64,000 bases of DNA from Octopus sinensis (GCF_006345805.1 NC_042998.1:146630001-146694000), one strand, 5' to 3'. Positions 1 to 12,109 are shown, counted from the first letter of the stretch. Numbers and translations are program-made. The notes: a model not told the origin generated them from the letters alone.

Positions 1-214
1 ACCCCCACCCAAGTATATATCTAATTCCTTTATTCCAACTCAACTCATACCTTGAGGAGCCACTTAGACATTGCATCACCATTATTTAGCTCCTCTACAA
101 CCAGAATCTGCTCTGCTTGTTCCCCCTTCTCTCATACTTTAGCCCCTCATCTCCAAGCATAAAGACCCACACACACATGTACATTTCCAATTTCATAGTT
201 TTGCAAACTGCATG

Positions 215-412
215 GCAACCTCTCAGGTGCTGGTGGTTTTAAAAAGCACCCTATACATACTGTAAAGTGGTTGACATTAGAAAGGGCATTCAGTAGAAAC
301 CATGCCAAAGCAGACATTGGAGCACTATGCAGTCCTTGGATTCATTAGATCTCATCAAACTGTCCAACACATGCCAGCATGGAATATGGACGTTAAATGA
401 TGATGATGATGA
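215..412 (+). mobile_element. Degenerate RTE-LINE 3' tail fragment
   Basis: aagggcattcagtagaaac...ccaacacatgccagcatggaatatggacgttaaatgatgatgat matches the 3' ends of the RTE copies at 23801 and 46487. Confidence 0.7.
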
Positions 413-537
413 TAAAATAGAACTTATGAACACATAAATGGTATAGAAATAATGGTGTAATTGCACTGGATGTAAAAAGGAGCAGTTTGGTGCAACACAA
501 ATCAAACATATTGAATAGTATCTATGACAGTAATATT

Positions 538-740
538 AAAGTTGGTGAGCTGGCAGAATTGTTAGCATGCTGGGCAAAATGCTTAGCAGTATTTCATCTG
601 CCATTATGTTCTGAGTTGAAATTCCATCGAGGTCGACTTTGCCTTTCATCCTTACAGGGTCGATGTAATTGACTTAATCCCTCTGTCTGCCCTTGTTTGT
701 CCCCTCTGTTTAGCCCCCTATGAGCAATAAGGAAATAAAT
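538..740 (+). mobile_element. tRNA-derived SINE, family A (tail variant 1)
   Basis: Head gtgagctggcagaat...gagttgaaattcc, central gaggtcgactttgcctttcatcc, tail ttgtttgtcccctctgtttagcccc...gcaataaggaaataa. Same family as 11509-11744. Confidence 0.8.
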
Positions 741-1186
741 ATTAGAACAAAGAAAAAAATTCCCCTAAAAAATCAGGTAATATAGAGCATAATTTGAATT
801 GATCCTAATTTAGCTGGAAAGTTTTCATGATACATGTTGCTAAACATTTCTTTTGTATCTATTATTCTTTGTTAATTTGAGCAGACACAATGTCTTGATA
901 GTATTCCATCAACATCTGCATAGAGTTGATATTCATTTTATTGAAAAGTACCAATAATTGAAATCTGTTTTAGCATAACTAAGTTAAGGTGTTTTAAAAT
1001 AGTAAAATCTTATTTAGATTCAATTCCCAATAATGTAAGCATTTCAGAAGATTTTTCAGAGAAGCATGCAATAATGTAATAAAATTAAATATTCTCTAAT
1101 TCTGTCACATGTTATAAACAATACTAATGTTCATTATTTACATTATTTACATTTGATGGATATTTGTCCTCATCTTGTTTGTTGTT

Positions 1187-1232
1187 AACACAATGTTTTG
1201 GTTGATATACCCTCCAGCCTTCATCAGGTGTC
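1187..1232 (-). ncRNA. Minimal type-I hammerhead ribozyme motif (degenerate)
   Basis: Minus strand: gacac CTGATGA a ggctg-gagggtatat-caacc AAAAC ATT gtgtt. Stem I GACAC/GUGUU and CUGAUGA are intact; GAAAC-GUU has decayed by G>A changes. Confidence 0.65.
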
Positions 1233-1473
1233 GTGGGGGAAATTTTGAACCTGTGTTCTCATTCCTAAGGTATTTTTCAATGTTATTATTATTATTATTA
1301 TTATTATCCAGGTCACTGCTTGAAATCAAACTTTGAATCTTGGAGTTAGTAGTCTGCGCTCTTAACCACTACATCATATGCCTGTGGGTGGCAGTGACCT
1401 GAATAATAATAATAATAACAATAACATTGAAGAATACCTTAGGAATGAGAACCCAGGTTCGAAATTTCCCCAA

Positions 1474-1516
1474 GAAACCTAATGAAGGTTGGAGGGTATA
1501 TCAGCCAAAATGTGTT
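1474..1516 (+). ncRNA. Second, more degenerate hammerhead motif (opposite arm)
   Basis: gaaac CTAATGA a ggttg-gagggtatat-cagcc AAAA tgtgtt; both core strands are mutated. Confidence 0.5.
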
Positions 1517-1780
1517 AACAACAAACCAGATGAGGACAAATATCCGTCAAATGTAAATAATGTACATAATTCCTCATCTCTTAAATATAGAACTGTAATA
1601 CTAATGTTTACTACAGAAAATAAAGCATGCTGTATATCATATCCATGTATATCTAATTTTGCTTTTTCCTGAAAAGATATTTTGTATTAAAGATTCATAT
1701 TTATTCAGGTTCTCTCTGAAAGTTGAGTTTAAAGTAGAAATATTTTTAATAATAATGATGACGATGATGATGTTGATGAT

Positions 1781-2438
1781 AATCCTTTCAACTATAGGTA
1801 CAAGACTTGAAGTTTTGGTGGAGAGGCTAGTCAATTACATCAGTCCCAATACTCAACTGGTACTTATTTCATCAAACTGAAAAAACGAAAGGCAAAGTTG
1901 ACCTCAGCGGAATTTGAACTTAGAATGTAAAGCCGGAAGAATGTTGCAAAGTATTTTGTTCAGTGCAGTTATGACTCTGCCAGCTCACTACCTTTATAAT
2001 AATAATAATCCTTCAGGCACAAAATCTGTTGGGCGGGGGCTAGTTGATTACATCAACCCAAGTGACCAACTGATAATTATTTTATCAGCTTTGAAAGGAT
2101 GAAAGTCAAAGTCGACCTTGACGGAATTTGAACTCAGAATGTAAAATGAAATGTCACAAAGCATTTTTCCCAGTGTGCTAATGATTCTGCCAGCACACTG
2201 CCTTAATAATAATAATGATAATAAGAATTCTTTCTACTATAGGCACAAGGCCTGAAGTTTTGTGAGAGCAGGTTAGTTGTTTATATATATATATTGATCT
2301 CAGTGCTCAACTGGTACTTATTTTATCAACTCTGAAATAATGAAAGGCAAAGCCAACCTCACTAGCATTTGAACTCCAAATGGTCAAAATGTCACTGAGC
2401 ATTTTGTACAGTATGGTAACAATTCTAGCAGCTCGCCA

Positions 2439-2478
<40 letters not shown>

Positions 2479-2687
2479 CCTTTCAACTAAAAGCACAAGG
2501 CCTGAAATTTGGTGGAAGTGAACTAGTCGATTACATCGACCCCAGTGTTTCACCAGTACTTAATTTATTGACCATAAAAGAATGAAAGGCAAAGACCATA
2601 AAAGAATGAACCCAGAATGTAAAGATGGACAAAATACCAATAAGCATTTTGCCTGCTGTACTAATGGTTCTGCTAGTTCACCACCTT
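1781..2687 (-). mobile_element. Four head-to-tail family A SINEs separated by (AAT)n
   Basis: Copies ~1781-1994, 2007-2204, 2227-2441 and 2476-2687. Each has aaggcaaag(t/c)(t/c)(g/a)acct...atttgaact.. and ends at ..ccagct.rc.rcct; spacers are AAT repeats. Confidence 0.85.
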
Positions 2688-3972
2688 AAATAATAATATT
2701 AATGACGCCGCCGACAACAACAACAACAATAATGATAATTTTGGTCCAAGGCCAATAATTTTAAGGGGAGGAGATTAATCAACTGTTCCAAAATTGATTG
2801 CTTTATAACATCAGACTCTTTATAAACTCTCACCACTGAAGCACCATTTATGGTCATATGCTTCTTCTTTAGATTATTAGTCTTCCTTGAGCCTATGATG
2901 TGAAATACAAAGCTGAGAGATATCAATCATTAAAATATTAATGAAAATTGCTGAGTAACAGAAGTTGTGCATGGTGGCAAATGTACTATTATGCTGAACC
3001 TCATATTATAAACTTACTAACTTTAGATTCCTTCAATATGACTTAACCTTTGTTTTTTATTGTGCTTTACTAGATTTAAAACAGATTATATCATGATAGT
3101 TAAGCAAGAACTAGTTTATCATATGAAAAATCAGTTACAGTTATTAAGTTTTCAGTGAGAGTTTGTATATATACAAACTCTCCTCAGAAAATCCTTGTGA
3201 TTCTAAGAGGGAAGTATGAAAGAGTATGAATATGAAAGATTAAGTCTTATATAATTAAGAAGCTGAATATAGAAAAAAAGTTGAAGAGGGGTAAATTGAA
3301 AAGTAAGCAAAGAGGCTAGTTAGTTAAGAGGGGGTGAGGAGTACAAGAAAGAAAGGATATATTTCTTAGAAAGTGGAGTCAAAGCAAATAATAAACAAGG
3401 GTGTGTACTCTTAAAATGCAACTTGTCTTTAGTCCTTATTTTAGTCACTCTCCCACTATCTCATCTGTTAAGAATATTTCATAACAGTGAACAGGACAAA
3501 TAGCATTTTGTTTTCTATCCAGGATAATATATTACTAATATTTATGATTTTACCATTTTTGGAGAATCTATAGCTCTCACCTAGTAAAGTCAAAATGTAT
3601 GCCCCTACAGAAGTTGTGTATGGTGGCTAAGTCACTCACTTAATTCAGATTTTGTCAGGTTTATCCTTATATCTCCTTTATTGGAATATGATTTAACAAG
3701 TGTTCCTTGTACATTATTTTACTAATCAATATCTTGTGTACATATGTACATATGAAAACCAAATTTATACATGTTAAAAAGAAAATATAAATGTCCACCT
3801 CCTCTAAAAACATACAAAAATGTTTCTAATATTCATGTATCCATCATCAACAAGATATTTATCCATATAATCCAGTCATGATAAAAAACCCCAGTAATAT
3901 TTGTTAGTAAGTGTTAAGTTAAAGTTATGTCCTATATTTCATGGATGTCATTGTTAATATATAGATGTTTAA

Positions 3973-4191
3973 CCTTTTAGTATTCAAATTACTGTCAAAT
4001 GTAATTGTTTATTTCTAAACATTGTTTTGAATTAATCATGCATTATCTTATAGCCTCAAGATATTGATGAGGTGATTATATATTTTTAGAACGATATTAT
4101 AAGGAAGATGTCAGAGGCTGGATCTGGCCAGTTTGCACAAAAGATAGATAGAATATTTGGGTCAGACATGACTGGTTTAAATGCTAAAGGT
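3973..4191. mobile_element. piggyBac-type MITE
   Basis: TTAA (3969-3972) + ccttttagtatt ... aatgctaaaggt + TTAA (4192-4195); homologous to 12167-12386. Confidence 0.7.
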
Positions 4192-4325
4192 TTAAACTAT
4201 CCTAGGAGAAATGACATTACGCCCATATGCCATTCTGACTGGATTGTGCCACTGTAAATAGAAGTGTTAAAACCTTAATCCAAAGATATTACAGAAGTAT
4301 GGTCCATAAAGATGACCAGAAAATA

Positions 4326-5572
4326 TTGGGTTGTCTGGAAAGTTTGTGCCGATTTATAGTAGCTTACCTTTTGACTTATTTTAGAACATAGCTGAGTCCA
4401 TAAAATTTGACTACACTTCCATTTAGAGCACAGTTTAAGCTATCTTTTCGTAGAAGAAGGTTTATGTTCCTATAACCTGTGTTAATTCTGTAACCCTTTA
4501 AAATGGAAGATAAGAAAGTTCATTTTCGGCACTTGATGTTATTCTTTTTCCGTAAAGGGAAAAATGCCTCACAAGCAACCAATGAAATATGCACAGTTTA
4601 CGGTGATGTTTCTTTATCCGAAAGAACTGTACGGAAGTGGTTCTGAGCTGGAGATTGTAGCCTTATTGATAAAGAGTGATCAGGCAGACCATCCACTACA
4701 GATGATGACCAAATCAAGTCATTAATTGAGAATAACCCACATTACAACCTGAGAATTGGCAGAAAGCCTCAACCTATCAAAATCCGTTGTTTATGAGCAC
4801 CTGGTAAAGCTTCGGTACACAAATCGCTATGATATTTGGGTACCACATGAGTTGAGTGAGAAGAACCTTTTGGATCGCATTTCCATCTGTGATTCACTTT
4901 ATAAATGGTATGAAAACACAAGCAAAATGTGACAGCTGATGAGAAATGGATTATCTACTGAAATGTTCAGAGAAAGCGATCCTGGAGTACATGACATGAG
5001 CCACCCTTAGCCACCCCAAAAACGGGTCTTCACCCTAAAAAAGTCTTGCTTTGTGTCTGGTGGGATTGGAAAGGAATTCTGTACTATGAGCTTCTCCCAA
5101 GTAACCAGACAATTAATTCTAAGAAATACTGCACACAACTGGACGAGTTAAAAGCAGCAATTCAAGACAAACATCCAGAATTGGCCAACAGGAAGGGTGT
5201 TGTTTTCCAACATGATAATGCAAGACTGCATGTTTCTTTGGGAACCAGACAAAAATTGCTGCAGCTCAGCTGGGATGTGTTACTCCTCCCTCCATATTCA
5301 CCAGATATTGCTCCTTCGGATTTCCACTTATTCAGGTCTCTGCAGAATAGTTTAATGGTAAAAATTTCAATTCCTTGGATGACGTAAAAAGATACCTTGA
5401 TGAATTCTTTGCCATGAAACCACTTCAATTCTGGGAAGAGGGTATTTTCAAGTTAAAGAAAAGATGGAGACATATTGTGCAACAAAATGGTTCATATTTG
5501 GTTGGTTAAAAATGTAATGACAAGTATTTATTGACCTTTTTAAAATCAGCATGAACTTTCCGGACAACCCAA
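4326..5572 (+). mobile_element. Full-length mariner (D34D) transposon, inactivated
   Basis: TA flanks at 4324-4325 and 5573-5574; TIRs ttgggttgtctggaaagtttgtgccgattt / aaatcagcatgaactttccggacaacccaa; 1247 bp. Confidence 0.93.
4503..5509 (+). pseudogene. Mariner transposase pseudogene (mellifera-subfamily-like N terminus)
   Basis: MEDKKVHFRHLMLFFFRKGKNASQA, WVPHEL, QHDNARLH-(34 aa)-YSPDIAPSDFHLF; contains stops and frameshifts. Confidence 0.88.
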
Positions 5573-6019
5573 TACATCAATTAAATTTAGTGGAGATAGA
5601 AATATTAGAATATGATTAATTCATACCACTTGAAATTTTTATAGTTAATGGCATGATGTTAGGTATAATTAAATGGTTTATACTCAGAGTGTATTAATCA
5701 AAATATAGTATTTATATGCATTATATTTGTGTGTAAATATATATATAAAGAGAGATTAATATGTAATTAACCCATTATTATAAATACATGCTAATACTTT
5801 TGCTGTATTCATTTTCTAAACAATAATTTAGTGGAAAATAAAGAAATAATCCGATTTTTTCCAGAATACAATTTAAAAATAAATTAGCTGATTCAGCTGA
5901 ATGCAGTTATTATAAATATTCTTATCTTTTAGCAACAGAAAAAATTTATGTATCATGGAAGATACAATATGTGAAATACGTTTTAACTTTAAATAATCCC
6001 TCCAAGGTCAAGTTTATTT

Positions 6020-6137
6020 TTCATCTTCCTGGGGTTGATAAAATAAATTACCAGTCCAGTGCTGGGGTCAGTAGTATTGACTAACCCACTCCCTTGAAAA
6101 CTACAGGCCTTGTGCCAAAATTTGAAACCGTTATTAG
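6020..6137 (+). mobile_element. 3' part of a family A SINE
   Basis: catcttcctggggttgataaaataaattaccagt...ctggggtc...ggccttgtgccaaaatttgaaaccgttatta. Confidence 0.6.
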
Positions 6138-6530
6138 TATTTTCCTAACATGCTTTATCAGTTAGCAAGGATCTTGAGGTTTTGTGACAACAGGTCTCCT
6201 CAAATCACAGGAATCTTTCTTAAGATTCTTGCAGAATACAGGATTACACTTTTCTGCAAGTCAACAATGTGAATCTCAATTCCTATATCCTTCAGTCTCT
6301 TATGTAGCAGTTTGGGTGCTGTGCCAAGAGCACCAATTACCACAGGAATAATTGTTATCTTAGTCTCTTCATCTCTCTTAGGTTAGGTCCTGATATTTCT
6401 CAATTTCTTTGGTCTCTATTATCAAATGATAATGCAAAGTTTATGACCTTACACTATTTGTTCTTTTTGTCCTCTGTAATTATATCTGGTTTTCTTGCTT
6501 CAGTAGTAGGACCAAATTTTATAAGGAAGT
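6138..6530 (-). mobile_element. R4/Dong-type (RLE) non-LTR retrotransposon 3' fragment
   Basis: Minus strand gives KPDII.EDKKNK and TIIPVVIGALGTAPKLLHKRLKDIGIEIHIVDLQKSVILYSARIL; same family as 38230-39028. Confidence 0.75.
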
Positions 6531-8394
6531 TTCTCCAGTAATTCTTTTTGGAATGTCATCCAGTGCTCACTACCTTCTACTGGCTGGGCAATGTGGTTGG
6601 TGAAAGTTCTACATTAGCAGTATATAACCATCAAGTATTGAGCAAGAGCAATGACATTCTCAGGGAAACATTACCATAAATAATTTCTAAGAATCTTTGG
6701 CCTGGCAATGCTTCAAAGGAGTGCTGCCAGTTTGAGATAAACTTTACAAGTACAGAAGCACAGTCAGATAGGACTGTCTGAGAGGCATGCAAAGTAATGA
6801 AACCATTTGGTATGCACTTGTGCAGTGTCCAAGGTATGTCGAACAGCTGTTGTCACATGTCGGATGAATTTGACATGTAAACTGAATCTATTGTGAGGAT
6901 CTTCCCACCACCCACCTTAACAAAGCAGGGCAGGTAGTGTTCCTTTGTCTAGTTGCTATGATGAAAGAGGTCATGTGGTGGATGAGACGGAAAGGATTGA
7001 GGAAAGACACCTGCTTCAGTCAAGCTCTCATCGACTTTTCTAAGTTCCCTTTCCACCCTCACTTTCTTTTGCAAGTGGAAGTGCTAGCCACCTAGTGAAT
7101 TTGTGAAAAGGTGGGTGACTGTTGCAAAAATGGTTAGGGTGACTGGTCCTGCTCTAAGTATGCACTTGTAGACTGGAGAACAATAACTGTGTGAGGACTC
7201 ATGCCTTAGCTGGTTAGGGTAATCCTGGATATGTGGGTCTCCTTGAATGGTCCTAATTAGAGCTTTTCCTGTATCAGGATGACTGCATTGTTTATGTTAT
7301 CACACCTTTATTTCATTTCACAGCTTTTCCCCTTTCCCTCCCCTCATCTTTTATGTAACCCCACCCCATGCACTCACAAATTGTTGACAATCCTTGTGAT
7401 GTCCCCCTCATCTATACCCCTGTGACTTATTATTATTGTGCTGTGTTTTTTGTCTTGTCCTTTTTCTGTTTTAGTTTGTGTTACTCTTATCCCCAGCTGC
7501 TTGTATATTTCAATTCTCAATGAAGTATCTAAACGTATATTTATTTCAGAAAATATTTTTGTTCATCCCAAATTAAATTTTTCAAATCTACTATCATTTT
7601 CTACTTCATATTTTCTTATTTCAACCATAATTATTTTATTATAGTTATTTATTTTTAGAAAGGATGTTAAATATATCTTGTGTACATCAACATTAGGATG
7701 GTGTATTCTAAATCCTGTGAATAAATTCCTTTGAGTCCCTGTCTATGTTCCTTAATACAATATCCAATGTCTTAGTTTAAACCAAAGCAGAAGCTAGTTA
7801 TAATAATATCTACTTCATTTATATTTTTCTTCTGTAGATATTTCTCTTCCTAATACTAATCTAATTTATATATAATATTCTTACACAAAATTTTCTTTCA
7901 TCTCCATCTATAGTATATAGGCTGCTTGTTTTTGTATCTAGATCATTGATTTTCTTTTTATCATTATCTATTATTGATATCAAGTAGTTGAACTGGAACA
8001 GACAGTATAGGGACAATAAACTAACTAGATAAATTAAATGGTATTGGAGACATGAGTTGGAAAGACAAGTTAGCCCATGTTGATCGCTCTTTTACTGGGG
8101 TTGAAAACATAAATACTGATTATATTTTTTACCCCAGTTAACTATATTCCTTATTTATATATTGATTTGGGTAAATCCAACATTGTCCATGCATCCATCC
8201 ATCTTCTTCACCTGGGCTGTGAGAGTAGAGTCCTCAGTTACCTCTGCCATGGAGGTATCTGTCAGAAGCAACCTCATTAAACTTTCTGGTCGGATTTCTA
8301 AGCATCGCCAACTGAGATTACAGATGTTATTCAATCATGTCATTCATGGTCTAGACCTAAGTCAGATCTTTTTGGTTGCAGTCATAGAATTGGA

Positions 8395-9190
8395 AATTTT
8401 AAAGTTTGTATATTGATGTAATTTTTCATGTTGAATCTGAATTTGGGATTCATATATTTCAAAAAAAAAAAAAAAAAACTTTATAAAATGATCCAGTGGT
8501 CCAAAGTTTGATAAGTTTTAGCTAATCAGAAAACAGGCAGTGGAAGCTATGCATTTTCTGTGTGATGTGATAGCTGACTGATAGCCACAAAATGAAAGCA
8601 AAACATTATAAAGTTTTAATGAGTTAAAAAAAGGAAAAAATCTTTGACAAAATTTTTTTGCGAAAAATATAAAAACAAACTGTGAGATATACTGTAAAAG
8701 TTCATGTAAACAAATTAAAAATTCAAAAACAAAAGTTTGAGATACACTCTAGGAGTTTATCAAACAAATTACAATTTTCGTATCTCCTGCACCACAGAAA
8801 CTTGCAAATAATGAGTCAACCACAGAATGGTGAGTCCCACAGTGTTGTTTATTCCTTTGTTTTGGACAGGTCTATGTGCTTTTGACTTGTTGCATGTGAG
8901 TCCCATCTTGTGGTGGTGATTATGGTGGTGAAAGTGTTACATTCACGTATAAAAATATGGCAGACTACAGCTTTGCTTATTACTATGGAAACAGACATCA
9001 GTGTGAGATTTGTAGTCATGTGTATAATGGTGGCTTTTAATTGGCAAAAATTTCCCCAAAATTTGCAAACTTTGAAAACTATTATCTTTTAATTTACTAA
9101 TTTATGGCAAAAATGAATTTCATTTTCAGAATAAGCATATAAAAGTAAATCAGTATGCCAAATTTGAAAAGTGAAAAACTGGTATGCTAA
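8395..9190. mobile_element. Old non-autonomous DNA transposon with degenerate inverted ends
   Basis: aaagtttgtatattgatgtaatttttcatgttgaatctgaatttg (~8400) is loosely the reverse complement of ttttcagaataagcatataaaagtaaatcagtatgccaaatttg (~9125-9165). No clear TSD. Confidence 0.4.
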
Positions 9191-10099
9191 ATCTGAAAAC
9201 AAGTGAAATAAAACTGAATCTGTAACAGTAAACAAAAAGATATCCTAAGTCTCTTGTTAGTAAGCTTGACGAACCCATTGAATCAAGGGCAGTTTCAGGC
9301 AGGTTGGTATCAAAAGGACTGAACTAGTATACTACCCTGTTTCAAATACAATACAGTAAGCAATTATCTAATGGCTGAATTTTATAGTCATTCTTTATGT
9401 TACATGCCTAATTCATTGAGAAAGCTGAGAAGAAATTTTAGTCTATTTATTTTATAATGTACTAGGAAGAAAAAAATATTTGTATTTATTAAATAAAAGC
9501 ATTTGCATAGAGGAAAAAAAAAGCAAACATCGCTCTTTCATAGCAATTTAGTCTGCATATTTTTGAAGCTTCATTTTTTTTCATTAGAATTATAACATAT
9601 GCAATTTTTGTATTATTTCTATAATGTACAGCTGAAGGCTTTCTAAATTTATTTGTTTTCTTTTTTATGACACGTCCACATCATCTTGCATTTTTACAAA
9701 TACATTGTCTGTTGTATATTTTAAAGCTTCTATTTATATATTTTACACATACATTATACAAATAACAAGTAATTTACATAGTTTTATTTTAATCATCATA
9801 AATCCTCTTTTTTCTTTATTCATCTCTTTTTGTCATAGAGATTAAAATCTCTGACTCAGCTAATCACATTTTGTTTTTGTATCTACACAGACAGAGTAGC
9901 ATGTTTAACCACAGAACAAACATATTTTCTAGACATGGTGTTTTCAATAGATGCAATGATTTTAGCAGTTTCATATATTCACCACAAAATATCAACAAAG
10001 AATGATGGGATACATTTCCTGGCCATGTGAAAAGTTAACTAGATTATTTTTAACTTGCTTATAGTTTTAGGTTCAAATTCTACCATTTTATTATTATTA

Positions 10100-10148
<49 letters not shown>

Positions 10149-10165
10149 CTACATCATCATTATTG

Positions 10166-10590
10166 AAGGTGGTGAGCTGGCAGAATCATTAGCATGCCAG
10201 ACAAAATACTTAAGGACATTAAATTCCACTGAGGTTGAATTAGCCTTCCCTCCTTTTGGAGGTCAATATAAGCACCAATTGAGCATTGGGGTTGATGCAA
10301 TTGACTTAACCTCTCTCCTGAAACTGCTGGCCCTGTACCAAAATTTGAAATTATTATTATTATTATTGATGGTGGCAAGCTGGTAGAATTGTTATCACAC
10401 TGGACAAAAATGCTTATGGGCATTTCATTTATCTTTATGTTCAGAATTCAAATTCTGTCAAGGTTGACTTTGCCTTTCAACTTTTTGGGGTATTAAAATA
10501 AGTGCCAGTCAAGCATTGAGTTGATGCAATCAACTTTCCCATCCCTCAAAATTGCTTGCCTTGAGCCAAAATAAGGATTATTATTATTAT
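10166..10590 (+). mobile_element. Two tandem family A SINEs
   Basis: Heads aaggtggtgagctggcagaatc (10166) and atggtggcaagctggtagaattg (~10369); (TTA)n tails, preceded by a long (TTA)n run. Confidence 0.8.
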
Positions 10591-11309
10591 TGTTATCATC
10601 ATTTTTGATAAAGATTTTTGTTTTTTCTTTGTTAGCATGGGTGGGAGGGTTTTTTAAAAATAGAGTTAGACCTCTCTTTATGAATATTCTAAATAAGATA
10701 ATTTTGCAATAAGTTGCCTTTCCTACAGTAAACCACTCAACTGTATGAAACTAGAGAGTTACTTTTTTCACACTTTGCAGATTGACATTCACTGAGTAAT
10801 GTATTTCCATAAGTGGAGCACAAATCAATAGTTATGGAACAAATTTAATTAAAAACTTTGTGGTCTAGAGCCATTTTTTGGGATCATTTTGATTAATAAA
10901 TGCCAGTATTAGTTTCCACTGGATAAGCATTGTACAGTCTAGAGAAAAGGGTACCTTTTTTTTAATTACAGTTACAATCCACTCAGCAGGTTTCTCTGCA
11001 GTTTCCATCAACCTAATTTAAGTCAAAAGGTATGGGATGACTAAAGGCTATGGAAAATGACAATTGCTCAAGATGCTACACAGTGGAATTGCACCAGAGA
11101 CCTTCTGCTTGCAAAGTAAACTTCTTAACCATTTGGCCATACTGTGCCTATCCTAATTAAATATGGTAATAAAAATGAGTTAATCTTTAAATAACAGTTT
11201 TGAAAGCCATCTACGTTAAATCAAGTTGCATATTTATATGATTTAGGCTTTACATAATTAATATTGCAAACTTTATCTTTATTTGTTTCTGTCATTAGAA
11301 TACCACCAT

Positions 11310-11744
11310 ATTCTTTTCTATTCTAGGCACAAGACCCGAAATTTTTGGGGAAGGAGCCAGTCAATTAGATCAACCCCAGTATGCAACTAGTACTTAATTT
11401 ATCAACCCCAAAAGGATGAAAAGCAAAGTTGACCTGGGTGGAATTTGAACTCAGAATGTAAAGACAAATGAAATACAGCTAAGTATTTCACTCAGTGTGC
11501 TAATGTTTCTTATTTCTTTATTGCCCACATGGGGCTAAACATAGAGGGGACAAACAAGGACAGACAAATGGATTAAGTCGATTACATCAACCCCAGTGCA
11601 TAACTGGTACTTAATTTATCGACCCCCAAAAGGATGAAAGGCTAAGTCGACCTCAGCAGAATTTGAACTCAGAACGTAGCAGCGGACGAAATACCACAAA
11701 GCATTTTGCCTGACCTGCTAACATTTCTGTCAGCTTGCCACCTT
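11310..11744 (-). mobile_element. Two tandem family A SINEs (tail variants 2 and 1)
   Basis: Copies ~11310-11510 and ~11509-11744, both containing gaatttgaactcagaa.gta; the second has the cttatttctttattgcccac tail. Confidence 0.8.
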
Positions 11745-11751
11745 AGACTAT

Positions 11752-12109
11752 CACCATATTGCTGCACTGCCTTTAGGGGTTTAGTTAAACAAATTGACTT
11801 CAGTCCTATTTTTTTTAAGTTGGTACTTATTCTATTGGTCACTTTCACCAAACTCCCGAGGTACAGGGATGTAAACAAACCAACAGTGGTTGTCAAGTGA
11901 TGGCTAGAGACAAATACACCCTCACATGTGCACACACACACACACACAATGGGTTTCTTTCAATTTCTGTTGACCAAATCTACTCACAAGGCTTTGGTCA
12001 ACCTCAGGCTATGGTAGAAGATATTTGCTCAAGGTGTTGCATGGTGGAACTGGGCCCAAGACCACATGGTTTGGAAGTAAGCTTCTTACCCACACAGTCA
12101 TGCCTGTGC
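11752..12109 (-). mobile_element. tRNA-derived SINE, family B (degenerate)
   Basis: ccaaatctactcacaaggctttggtc...gctatggtagaagatatttgctcaagg...aagcttcttacccacacagtc; internal (CA)n. Confidence 0.75.

Larger units (their letters stand above)
1141..1597. mobile_element. Foldback element: inverted arms of a hammerhead-bearing repeat (family H1) around a tRNA-like head
   Basis: Arms ~1141-1319 and ~1391-1563 are reverse complements. The loop (1320-1390) read on the minus strand gives ggcatatgatgtagtggttaagagcgc...aagtttgatttcaagcagtgacc, a decayed A box/B box. Confidence 0.8.

Noticed and set aside
8170-8330. GC-richer patch checked as the next DAGL exon
   Set aside because: No SEIA/DLDVVPSD-type peptide in any minus frame; more like a decayed RTE fragment.
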